Source: Nemertoderma westbladi
Taxonomy: Eukaryota; Animalia; Xenacoelomorpha
Length of the DNA: 64,000 bases
Assembly (NCBI GenBank): GCA_032718475.1
Contig: JAUCBJ010000974.1
Location: forward strand, 1-64,000
Reading direction: 5' to 3'
Under the pieces are notes generated by a model that worked only from the letters and a program-made list of their open reading frames with translations, was not told the origin of the DNA and searched no databases. The position numbers were made by a program, and so were the translations under genes. Below are positions 1 through 12,000 of this stretch, in pieces; within the stretch, counting starts at the first letter, position 1; every line of letters begins with the position of its first letter.

Positions 1-720
1 TCAATCGAATAATACAGTAGGCTTGACCGCAAATAAATTTAAGCCCACGAATCCAGTCTCCCGGTGTTATAAACGGGTCATTTGGACGCGCATGGACTGG
101 CTTCGGCTAATGTTTTTGGTTTGTTTTGTATTAAATCTTATCATCTTACAAAAGGCAGATTATCAATAAAGACATATAAATTTCGGCAGGTTAAACTGCT
201 GAAGGTCTATAAAAGCGCGTACAATGTCTGCTGGCCAGACAGTAGTGTAGCTAATGCAATGGATGGGGCAGCCGGACTACGGCGATATTAATTTGTAATG
301 TAAATAGGAAGGCCCCTTGCCCCACAAATTCGTGTTCATAATAATTCGGGGTAGTGTAAATTTATCTGTGAATATGAAACACTGGAGGCAACATTAAGGG
401 AACTCTTTCTCTTGCTTCCTTCTCTTGTTTTTACGTACAAGGCAAGGGGGACTCCACACTAACTCCCACGGATGAACACAGTGGATGATCTCATATACAT
501 ATTATATTGTGCTGTGCGAGGGCCGTATTTCGATTTTAAATCAATTTTTGCATTACAAACAAGATTTATTAATCCTTAATAAAACCAAATAATTTGATGA
601 CCATATAGGTTTTTTGGGATGCTGATCACGAACATGATACTCAAAAATATCGTTAATATCCAACCAAAATTTCGAAGAAATCCAATTTTGGCGTTTGAAA
701 TTTTACGCTAACTTGTATTT

Positions 721-1060
721 TTCGTCCCACCAGACAAGCACCAAAAATGATTGTTGCGTTACCACAAATTATTTTTAACGAGTTGTATCGTGATCAGCGA
801 CCTTGAAAATCGGTACAGCTTCAGAATTACCAAACCCAAGGCAAAATTTAACAGTTTATAATTTTGTGCTATTTGTACTTTTCGTTCTGGGGCACCAGAA
901 TGGCACGAAGAATGGGTTTGCTTTACCAGAAATATTTGTAACTAGTTTCATCGTGATCAGCGACATCGAAAGCCCGTATACCTTCAGAATTATCAAACCA
1001 AACACAACATTTTTTAGTTTGACATTTTTTTACTTATAATATTTTGAGTTTGCAGCTATT
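721..1060. repeat. Dispersed repeat, copy 1 (diverged direct copy at ~3721-4066); probable DNA-transposon remnant
   Basis: The segment from cgtcccaccagacaagca to gagtttgcagctat recurs at 3724-4064 with scattered substitutions. The motif tcgtgatcagcgac is repeated inside it. Confidence 0.7.
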
Positions 1061-1540
1061 AGTATATAGAGTAGTAGTGTAGTATATAATCTTTTAACGC
1101 TTTTTTATATTTTATTTTACGCTTTTGCATATATCAAGCAATGAGGCGAATGTATGTACGGGAAATACAGCACATATAATGCGATGAATGGAAAAACGGC
1201 AGGCGGTGATATGAGTCGTGTTGTTAATATGACCCTCCACCCACACACTTATCAGGAGTTCGCCGAATATATAAGAAATATTTAATTACAATTTGAACTA
1301 ATTATATAATCTCGATTACTGAAAAACAAGTTAGTGTTTCAAAACAGAAAGACAAGGGTTGCACTATATGAATGGAAATATCCGGGCCCAGTTGTACTAG
1401 ACTCTCAACATCTAATTGTTACAGTGTAGTAGTTAGTAATATATTATTGTTATTACCATTATACTCAAAAATAATCTGACAGGCAACTATTTTACCAAAA
1501 ATAAACGCCCTTGTGATCCAATTAATATGAAACACGATTT

Positions 1541-2595
1541 TCCAACGGACTATATAACGGCATTTAACTCATTATATAACGACTTTCCTACTGGCTATAT
1601 AACGATATTCCAACGGACTATATAACGGCACTTAACTCATTATATAACGACTTTCCTACTGGCTATATAACGATATTCCAACGGACTATATAACGGCATT
1701 TAACTCATTATATAACGACTTTCCTACTGGCTATATAACGATATTCCAACGGGCTATATAACGGCATTTAACTCATTATATAACGACTTTCCTACTGGCT
1801 ATATAACGATATTCCAACGGGCTATATAACGGCATTTAACTCATTATATAACGACTTTCCTACTGGCTATATAACGATATTCCAACGGGCTATATAACGG
1901 CATTTAACTCATTATATAACGACTTTCCTACTGGCTATATAACGATATTCCAACGGACTATATAACGGCATTTAACTCATTATATAACGACTTTCCTACT
2001 GGCTATATAACGATATTCCAACGGACTATATAACGGCATTTAACTCATTATATAACGACTTTCCTACTGGCTATATAACGATATTCCAACGGACTATATA
2101 ACGGCACTTAACTCATTATATAACGACTTTCCTACTGGCTATATAACGATATTCCAACGGACTATATAACGGCACGTAACTCATTATAAAACGAGTTACC
2201 TACTGGCTATATAACGATATTCCAACGGACTATATAACGGCATTTAACTCATTATATAACGACTTTCCTACTGGCTATATAACGATATTCCAACGGACTA
2301 TATAACGGCATTTAACTCATTATATAACGACTTTCCTACTGGCTATATAACGATATTCCAACGGACTATATAACGGCACTTAACTCATTATATAACGACT
2401 TTTCTACTGGCTATATAACGATATTCCAACGGACTATATAACGGCACGTAACTCATTATAAAACGACTTTCCTATTGGCTATATAACGATATTCCAACGG
2501 ACTATATAACGGCACTTAACTCATTATATAACGACTTTCCTACTGGCTATATAACGATATTCCAATGGGCTACATAACGGCACTTAACTCATTAT
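1541..2595. repeat. Tandem minisatellite, 68-bp unit, ~15.5 copies
   Basis: Unit tccaacggactatataacggcatttaactcattatataacgactttcctactggctatataacgatat (starts at 1541, 1609, ...), built from three ~22-bp subunits that share tatataacg. Confidence 0.95.
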
Positions 2596-2612
2596 ATCAT
2601 TACATTGCATTA

Positions 2613-3268
2613 CGTTGCTCATTGTTGCTCGTTCTTGTACTTTATTATTGCTTGTTATTGCTCATTGTTGCTCGTTGTTGTTCGTTGTTGCTCATTGTTG
2701 CTCATTGTTGCTCGTTCTTGTACTTTATTATTGCTTGTTGTTGCTCATTGTTGCTCGTAGTTGTTCGTTGTTGCTCATTGTTGCTCGTTCTTGTACTTTA
2801 TTATTGCTTGTTATTGCTCATTGTTGCTCGTAGTTGTTCGTTGTTGCTCATTGTTGCTCGTTCTTGTACTTTATTATTGCTTGTTGTTGCTCATTGTTGC
2901 TCGTAGTTGCTCATTGTTGTTCGTTGTTGCTCATTGTTGTTCGTTGTTGCTCATTGTTGCTCGTTCTTGTACTTTATTATTGCTTGTTGTTGCTCATTGT
3001 TGCTCGTAGTTGTTCGTTGTTGCTCATTGTTGCTCGTTCTTGTACTTTATTATTGCTTGTTGTTGCTCATTGTTGCTCGTAGTTGTTCGTTGTTGCTCAT
3101 TGTTGCTCGTTCTTGTACTTTATTATTGCTTGTTGTTGCTCATTGTTGCTCGTAGTTGTTCGTTGTTGCTCATTGTTGCTCGTTCTTGTACTTTATTATT
3201 GCTTGTTATTGCTCATTGCTGCTCATTGTTGCTCATTGTTGCTCGCTGTTGGTCATTGTTGCTCGTTG
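2613..3268. repeat. TTG/CTC-rich tandem repeat, ~73-bp higher-order unit
   Basis: Repeating ttgctcattgttgctcgttcttgtactttattattgc blocks with 73-bp periodicity (2761, 2834, 2907). The overlapping ORFs are artefacts. Confidence 0.9.
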
Positions 3269-3720
3269 TGCATTTTAGCACCTACCAACTATGGGAACAG
3301 CTACGGATATAATTACGCGTGATATTTATAATTTACCTGGAGGTATCAGTCCCCCGCTGCTGCTACCACCTAAAATACAATAAATAGTAATTCTATAAAT
3401 TAAATAGAAGAGCACGAACTCTTGTTCTCTTAATCAGCCTAATATTTAGCCTTATTCGTATTTCAGATTTGCCAGGAATGGCTATGGCTAATTAATTAGC
3501 TGCGAAGGATAAATAGAACTTCGCAATGTGAGAAAGTCAATTTCAGAATTTTCAGTCAGAAAGGCATAACCTGTCATCTGATAACCATCATCTGATAAAA
3601 CATCACTTAATTCAATATTATCAATATCGGAAAATGTTTTTCCCTTATGTACTCCTATTTTACCTTTACCAATAGCAATTAATACTTTCGATACCTGGGA
3701 TATTTCTAGTATCCGTATTT

Positions 3721-4066
3721 ATCCGTCCCACCAGACAAGCAGCAAAAATGATAGTTACGTTAGCACGAATGATTTTTTACGAGTTATATCGTAGTAATCA
3801 GCGACTTTGAAAACCAGTATAGATATTTATAACCAAAGTCAAAATTTAACACTTTATAATTTTTGTGCTACTTGTAGTTTTCGTTTTGGGGCACTTGAAT
3901 GGCACCAAAATGGGATTTGCACATGCACATACCAGAAATATTTATAACTAGTGTCATCCTGTTCAGCGACATCGAAAACCCGTATACCTTCAGAATTATC
4001 AAACCAAACACAACATTTTTCAGTTTGACAATTTTTACTTATAATATTTTGAGTTTGCAGCTATAG
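3721..4066. repeat. Dispersed repeat, copy 2 (see 721-1060)
   Basis: Direct similarity to 721-1060. Confidence 0.7.
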
Positions 4067-4977
4067 AGATGCTATATATAGAGTAGACTCAAACTTTTTG
4101 GACAAAAATAAAAAAATTGACAGTGGAAAATGTCAACATTGAGAAATTGTGAAAAATCTTGTTTTATATACAGAATCATGAATATCAGATAATGGTCCCC
4201 TTAATATTAGAAATCAATTTTAACAATGACGAGCCTTGGAAAAGCTAAAACAAAGAAAACTTGCGATTCTTTGCCTGCCTCTTATGGTGGAATTTCACAA
4301 CATGGGTACGATGCAGTGGGTGAAACAAATTGACGGAAGCCATTTCAATAATTAGAAAACCGTGACAGACATCATGGTCATTTATCATGATGGTATATGA
4401 CTTCACTTGACTTTACAACACTTTTTATCAATTTAAATTATTTGACTTGATATCACTTGGTTTTATGACACTTGACTTGACATCATTGGACTCGACATTA
4501 CTTCATAATTAATGCCTTGATTGACATCACGTGACTTGATAGTAGTTTGACTTGGCGCCATACGACTTGACATACTGACTTGACATCACTTGACTTGACA
4601 AACTTGACTTGACTTGATAATACTTGTTATATTATCAGCCTGATTTGTTGATACAGCTCGTTTCCTGCTTGTTTTATCCTCTATGCAAATTTAGGATGTA
4701 GGCCTACCTTGTAGACATTTCCTGTTTCGAGATATTATTAAAATTTGACTCAAAAATCTTTGAAATTCTCATTACAGTAGTACGGCAATTCAATTACTTT
4801 AAGTAGAGGACATATTACATTTCGTTTACTCCTCCTGCGTCCTCCTCCTTTACTCTTTGCTCCAGGGAAAAAGCCATAAAATAATATTTTGTTTTATAAT
4901 TTATTCAACATTTGTCTTACACGTGAAACTTACAGGAAGTTTCCATCATATTTATAATATACTCTATCAAATTCAAA

Positions 4978-5275
4978 TACTTACCAGAACAGGCAATACA
5001 TATTTAAATACTTGCCAAAACAGGCAAGGTGTATTTATATACTTGCCAAAACAGGCAAGGTGTATTTATATACTTTCCAAAACAGGCAAGGCACATTTAC
5101 ATACTTGCCAAAACAGGCAAGGTGTATTTATATACTTGCCAAAACAGGCAAGGTGTATTTACATACTTGCCAAAACAGGCAAGGTATATTTATATACTTG
5201 CCAAAACAGGCAAGGCATACTTACATACTTGCCAAAACAGGCAAGGTATATTTATATACTTGCCAAAACAGACAA
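4978..5275. repeat. 31-bp tandem repeat, ~9.5 copies, with an internal palindrome
   Basis: cttgcc at 5011, 5042, 5104, 5135, 5166, 5197, 5228 and 5259 (variant ctttcc at 5073). Most units contain CTTGCC-AAAACA-GGCAAG. Confidence 0.92.
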
Positions 5276-6647
5276 TATATTCAGCCAAATGGAGAAGTCT
5301 TGGTTTCGTACTGTAGACTGTTATAGTCTTCGTGGTTGGAACCTCTCTGCATCGTATTAAATTGAATTAAGATAGTTTATTATTTTGTAAGTAATATTGT
5401 GGTTTATGAATAATTTCACTTTTGACCGTTAGTTACGTAATATAGTGTTTATTGAAGTTTATTTATAGTTAAGTTTTACGCAGACGGGATCCCGAGAGTG
5501 ATAATCCCGGTCCCGATGCCGGAAATCCCGCAAATTTGCGCTAACCAATTTACCTGAGTAAGACAGTAAGAGTAGGACACGAGTCAAGTTTGCCCTTATC
5601 CGAGGCGCATCCCATTGCGTTCGTGGGTCACGCATCAAATGGAGAAGTGGGCTTGGACTGGAAGATGGTGCTGGGCTGCCATAAGGCCAGACAGGATAGG
5701 AACGTCATATGCAGCAACTAGCTAATTAATCTACATCGCCTCTTCTGTACTTAACTCTATTTTATAATTTTTAACTGATATTTGTGCTGTGTGGTGGGTT
5801 TCTCTATAGTTCTCTACCTATTAATTATCAGTAAATGTTTGTCTCTTTATACTTTTAATTAATAGGGTACTACTGTATACCATTAATAGTGCCGGTGTGT
5901 CGATTTTTGTATTAAATGTTCCAGAATTTTTAGCACCACCCATGAAACTTTCTACTTTTTTATATTTTATTCATCAGGACATGATTGGAGCAAAAAAATT
6001 GTTTTCATGTATTGGGTAACATCCTTTGTTAAAGGTAATAATATTTAGTATTAAATAAATAATTAAATAGCATTTATATTAAAAGCCACCCATTTACCCG
6101 AGTAAACAATCTAATTAAAATTATAACATTATTATTACTAACGAGGTGTATTCTTAGAAGTAATACTATATTACAGAAAGGTGAAAGTTCTTCCTAATAA
6201 AATTACAGTTTAGTAAATATAAGAAATAATTGTATATTATTATTAAGAATCAGTGTATTAAGCGATATCGAAAGGGGTACATAGATTACACTTTGATTGC
6301 TTATTCCTTTATGAACAGTGTGAGACTTGATTTGATTTTGCTGGACTATATGCATGCAATATAAGCAGCCATAAATTTGTATAGCAAATTATATTTATAT
6401 TATAATTAATATATTTTAAGCAATATGCTCTTATGTCTATCACAGCATTACAATCTTCATGTTTACGAATATGGCAACGAAATTCTCGAGAACTCGAGAA
6501 ATTATTAAATTTTAAGAAAATAAGTGTAGCTCTTTGTGTACCAAAGATAAATTACGTAAATTTTTACTTCCAAGAAAGTATATTTGATCGTACCAAGGTT
6601 TATTTTGTTGTTATATGTAATGAGGATAACCATATTATTACTTATCC

Positions 6648-7098
6648 TACCCTCAAAGGCGGCACAATTCCGCCTTTAACCATTTTCGAAATTTATAAAT
6701 CTTTCATTTGAACTCCGGGGGGCACACTGCAGCCTTAATCATTTGTAACATAATTATTGGCTAAATTGAAATTAATTTGCATAAACTATGTAATTTAAAA
6801 TTAATCAAACCAACAGGAATCCCTTCAAGCAATAAATTAATTTTTCTAGACCAGTTTTTCCTGCACAACACGAATATGAACTCCATTTATCCGCCCCAAT
6901 AGTTATAAGAAAGTTATAAGAGGTTTTAAATAGAGGCGGCACCCTGTCGCCCTGGGAGTCAGGATAATATATGTAAAGGCGGCACTCTGCCGCCATGAGG
7001 GTTAGGTTATAATTATATAAAGGCGAAACACTGCTACCCTGGGGATCAGGATAATATTATATATATCTAAAGGTGGCACTTTGCTGCCATGGGGGTTA
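6648..7098. mobile_element. Degenerate TIR element remnant, possibly piggyBac-like
   Basis: accctcaaaggcggcac...ccgcc (6649) is an imperfect inverted repeat of ggcggcactctgccgccatgagggtta (~6978-7004) and of ...gccatgggggttaa (~7085-7099). The motif aggcggcac is repeated. Confidence 0.35.
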
Positions 7099-7756
7099 AG
7101 TTATAATTACAGTATTTAAAGGCGGCATTATCATTATGAACACGAGTACGTGTCGTGACAATACGTGTGATGAACTCGTACCGTGTTGGTACGCAGTGTT
7201 AAAGGCAAATAGGTCTATGATACAGTTGCTGAAGTTAATAACGTTGTAGCAGGACGATATAGCTGGTTTTCTGCTCTTGTATCTGGGTCAGTACAAAACG
7301 AAGACCAAGGACGTACAAAACTAAGAGGTAAAGTAGCGTTAGGTCCCAAAGAGCGTTAGGTCTCATTGGCATTTAAAGGAGCAGGTTAGTAAAGGAGCAG
7401 GTTACATAGTCATAGTTGGGGGAACCAAAACAATAAACGAAAGTTATCACATGTGTTTCGTACAGGTCTTAAGTTTTTGGGTCTTGTGTATTTGTTTTGT
7501 ACTCACCCTTTTGTATTCATTATTGCACGCTTGTAGCAAATTATTATTGCCAATCGCTGTTATATCTACTAATACCGTTGTGGACACCCAAGAGTCTATA
7601 GATCGGATTAGAGACCAAGTTTATTTTGCAAATTTTTTGACAATAATGCATTACGTGCTACGAGCAATGATTCAAATTTCTAATGCCCTGCTGCTTGCTG
7701 TACATTCAATATAGAAGAAATGTAGAATTCACAGCTCTGAACAAGTACATTTGTTG

Positions 7757-7962
7757 GGTGAATTCTTAGCCCGCGAGTGTTCTTAACCCGCGAGTTAGAA
7801 AAGGAGCAGGTTAGCAAAGGAGCAGGTTTCAGAGGAGTACTGGGGGAACCAAAACAATAAACGTTATTGTTTCGTGGGCTAAGAATACCCATGGGCTAAG
7901 AATGCAAGGCTAAGAATACCCACGGGCTAGGAATACTCGCATGCTAAGAATTCCTGAGACCG
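7757..7962. mobile_element. MITE-end remnant with sub-terminal repeats
   Basis: ttcttagccc/ttcttaaccc copies lie inverted relative to tandem ggctaagaat copies (7876-7950). Confidence 0.4.
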
Positions 7963-8372
7963 TACATTTACAAAGAAATTGAGCCTGGAAATTGCTTTAT
8001 CGACCACCTTATAATAAAAATATAATAAGAATAATTTCCCATTCAGCATTCATATAATTAGTTCAACAACTTATACAATTAAAAATTAGTGATATTCGAT
8101 GTTTCATTAAAAGCACTATAATATAACATCGCGATCTTAAATATTCAATTTGTTATTCCCCTCAATTATACACGATATATGATGTTTACGGACACCAAGT
8201 TGTACCTACAATCAAAGAAACTTAATATCAATAAATAACCAAAGACGAAAAAGCAATATCACACTCCCTCACATTACCCTCACATTATACACCACACCCC
8301 CTAGTGGTAGCACAGGAATTGATGTCACCACAACTTTCAAATAATCAGTCCCACTGAGAGAGAGAGAGAGAG

Positions 8373-9016
8373 TAAATGTGTTGACGCCTCGGTCTAAGTT
8401 TGTAAATGTTTTTGGGTTCGTAATATGATGACGGATATTAAGAAATATAAAATGAATGAGTTGATGATAATAAGACATAGTTTAATATTTTATAATAATA
8501 ATTGACAATCGCACTCTCATTACACTCCTAATGTATATCATAATGCTACCTAATTGATAATAATATCCTATAAAAAAGCTACGATCTTTTATACTACTAT
8601 ATTTTATTATAATATGTTTCATGTGTCTATCACAGAAAGTTATATCCAATAGGATTTCACATACTGGGTGAAAAGTAAGGAACAGAAAATGATTGAGGAT
8701 TCACATCAAACTTATAACTCTCAATAACTACAGTAAAAAACTGGCTAAATTAATCGTGCATAGAGATAATGATTCCTGTCCTAAGGTAGACTAAAAATGT
8801 TGTACAGTAAGCAGCATTACAAATGACAGGTCGTGATTGACATATTATGCATGCTGAGTCTACATGTGCTTCGTGTTTACATATCGAATAATAATAAATA
8901 AAAAACGCATCTGAAATAACATGTGCCAAGGGGCAATTCATGCATGTCTTCTAATCTCGGGAAAATATGTCAAATAATTTTGGTGTTACATGGTCACAAA
9001 CGTTCTACCGTTAACA
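8373..9016 (-). repeat. Element A 3' LTR
   Basis: Near-identical to 15106-15749. Preceded on the minus strand by the purine-rich PPT GAGGGGTGGCTA (9017-9028). Confidence 0.97.
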
Positions 9017-9028
9017 TAGCCACCCCTC

Positions 9029-12000
9029 TCAACCAGAGCCATTTTGGGCCCTTTCTAAAAGGCACAGCTTAACGGTAGGACGTATCAACGATTTGGAAGC
9101 AGCAGTACGGATTTCAACCGTGCGTACTCTGCCATCCTTTCCAGGTAGAGCTCGTACGACTCTGGCTAATGGCCAGTGTCCTCTCGGTAAGTGCCCGTCA
9201 ACTACCAGAACGAGATCGCCGATAGCAAGATTACGACGTTCCCTATTCCAAATAGCTCTCACTGTTAATGTGGGTAGGTATTCCTTTTGGAAACGGTTCC
9301 AAAAGTGGTCGGTAAGCAATTGGCATTGGCGCCAACGCTTACGTAGCAACATATCACCATCGTTGAATTCACCGGGTGATGCATTCTCATAACTTTGTCC
9401 AATAAGGAAGTGACTCGGCGACAATGCATTAAAGTCATCAATACTATCGCTGACTGGAGAAATGGGTCGCGAGTTGAGAATGGCTTCAATTTCTGTCAAC
9501 ACGGTATAGAGTGTATCATCATGGACACACTGCTTCATGATTGTGGCACGTAAAGATTGTTTCACTGTGCGCACCAAGCGTTCCCATGAACCACCAAAGT
9601 GTGGTGAAAGTGGTGGGATTCTTGTCCATGAGATATTGAGGTGCGACAGGGTGCTACGTATCGCGCCGTGATCGATGGCATTGAGGGCTTCCCGCAGCTC
9701 TCTTTCGGCGGCAATAAAGTTGGTTCCGTTATCAGAATGAATAACAGATGGATATCCCCTTCGAGATATGAAACGACGAAGTGCCATAATAAAGGCATCT
9801 GCATTTAGATTATAGGCAACTTCTAAATGAACCGCGCGAGTTGTCAAACAGGTAAATAAACATACCCAACGTTTTTCTCTGCATCTTCCTCTCTTAACTG
9901 CTATAGGTCCGAGATAATCTAGACCTGTCTCAAAAAATGCCGGTTTCAGTACTGCCAATCGACAAGAGGGTAGGTCTGCCATATACGGAGGTGCAGCCCT
10001 TGCGTTGCTTCTACGGCACACTACACACTTGTCAATAACAGAACGAACTGCGGCTTTACCTCTGGTGATCCAGACGTTTTCCCTTAATGACGCCAATACA
10101 TGATGTGGTCCTTGGTGGGCTAATTTGCTATGGGATGACCAGATCATGATCTTCGAGAGAGCATCATTATGACTCAGTATTGCTGGGTGTTTAGTAGCAA
10201 TTGGTAGATCTGAATTGCCCAGTCGTCCACCCACTCTCAGAATACCCGCTTTGTCAATAAATGGGTTGAGTGGCACAAGTGGACTATCTCTTTGTAGAGG
10301 TCGGCCTGCGTTTAATGCACTAATTTCTGCAGACCATGTCTTCTCTTGCTGCAAGCGAATGGCTAACATTCCCGCCTGATCCAATTCGGTGGCTGATGGG
10401 TCAGCCACCCCTAGTGGCATCGTCGGATGTTCCTTGCGCTGCCGGAAGCGCCGAACCCATCCTAAACATCTGGCTATGCACCCACATAATCGATTCCAAT
10501 TGGAGAATCGACTAAAGTCAATAAGTGTTGTTGTGTTACTTTCTACTATTGTAGCAGCAATAACTACAGATTTCTTAAGTTCACAGTCTTCGTTATGAAC
10601 GGGCTCTGAACTGCTTTGTGAGGGCCAGCTTGCCTCAGGTTCCCACAGGAAATCTGGCCCTTGAAACCAGCGATCTGACATGGTTGCCGATGAAAGCGAT
10701 AAACCTCGTGTCGGATCATCCGCTGGATTTTGTGAACTAGATATGTGATGCCATTGAGATACGTCACTGTGGTCATGTATCTCTGCTACGCGGTTTGCTA
10801 CGAATGGTGTGAATCTGCGAGATTCACTTCCAATGTACTGTAATGCCGTTTTAGAATCAGTCCAATAGAAACGCTGAGAAATTGGTAATTCGATCTCTGA
10901 TTGGATTAAATTCGCGACTCGAACACCCATTACACAGGCTTGGAGTTCCTTGCGAGGAACTGATATAGTGCGCAAGGGGGCTAGACGAGATTTTCCCATA
11001 ATGAGGCAGCATTTAACTTGCCCATTTTCATCAACAGCTCTGAGATATCCAGCAACTCCAAAAGCAACGTCAGAAGCATCACAAAATATATGAAGTTGGA
11101 GTGACGCAATGTATTGTTGAGAAGGAAAATAAACCCGAGGGAGTTTAATATTTTCTACGTAGGTAAGATCGTTTAACCACCTTAACCACACACTCAGTAG
11201 CTCTGTTGGTATGAGATCGTCCCATCCAACTCCTATCCGCCACAACTCTTGTATGACTAATTTAGCTGGTAATATGAACGGCGTTAATAATCCCAATGGA
11301 TCAAAAATTGAGCTAGTTATCGAAAGTATTTTTCTTTTAGTGAAATGGGAACTGTCTTTACTCGATGCGACAGTTGTGAATGAAATAACATCTTCATTCG
11401 CATCCCACTGAACACCAAGAGCACGTTGCGTGGGGAGTCCATCGCAATCTAAATTAACAATGGATCGTGTGAGTTCGGTAGAAGGTATCGAAGTAAGAAC
11501 TTCACGTGAATTACTCACGAATTTAGTAAGGCGAAATCCCCTGTTGTTCAGCATAGCAATAAGTTGGCTTAACAATTTAATTGCTACGGTGGTCGAAGTC
11601 ACAGACGTCAGTAAATCATCCGAATAAAAGTCTCGTATAACCGTAGCTACAGTTAGTGCATCAAATGAAGAAGCTTGATCGGTAGCAGCACGTCGCAATC
11701 CCGTGATTGCACATGTTTGAGAGGAAACAGCGCCAAAGATATGGCGAGTCATCTCATAAACATTTGGCGGGTCGACTCTATTGTCTCCTCGCCATAGAAA
11801 CCGCAAAGCGGGTCGGTCACTCTCTTGAACGCCCACTTGGTGATACATAGCCTCTATATCACCAATAATAGCAACTAAATGTTGACGAAATCTCAACAAA
11901 ATTCCGATAAGGCTATTCAATAAGTCAGGTCCGGTCAATAACTGATCATTTAACGATGTGCCACTGTACTTTGCAGCGGCATCGAAAACTACTCTAAGTT

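Noticed and set aside
2565-3322. Hydrophobic Cys/Leu-rich ORFs
   Set aside because: They are translations of a TTG-rich tandem repeat in several frames.
4978-5275. CRISPR-like array of palindromic repeats
   Set aside because: The linkers are short variants of one sequence rather than unique spacers; the context is eukaryotic and there are no cas genes.
4857-5360. 167-aa ORF and overlapping ORFs
   Set aside because: They are open only because of the 31-bp repeat.
5480-5720. GC-richer island considered as a ribozyme or structured RNA
   Set aside because: I could not build a hammerhead or HDV-like fold by eye, so the call is unsupported without a covariance-model search.
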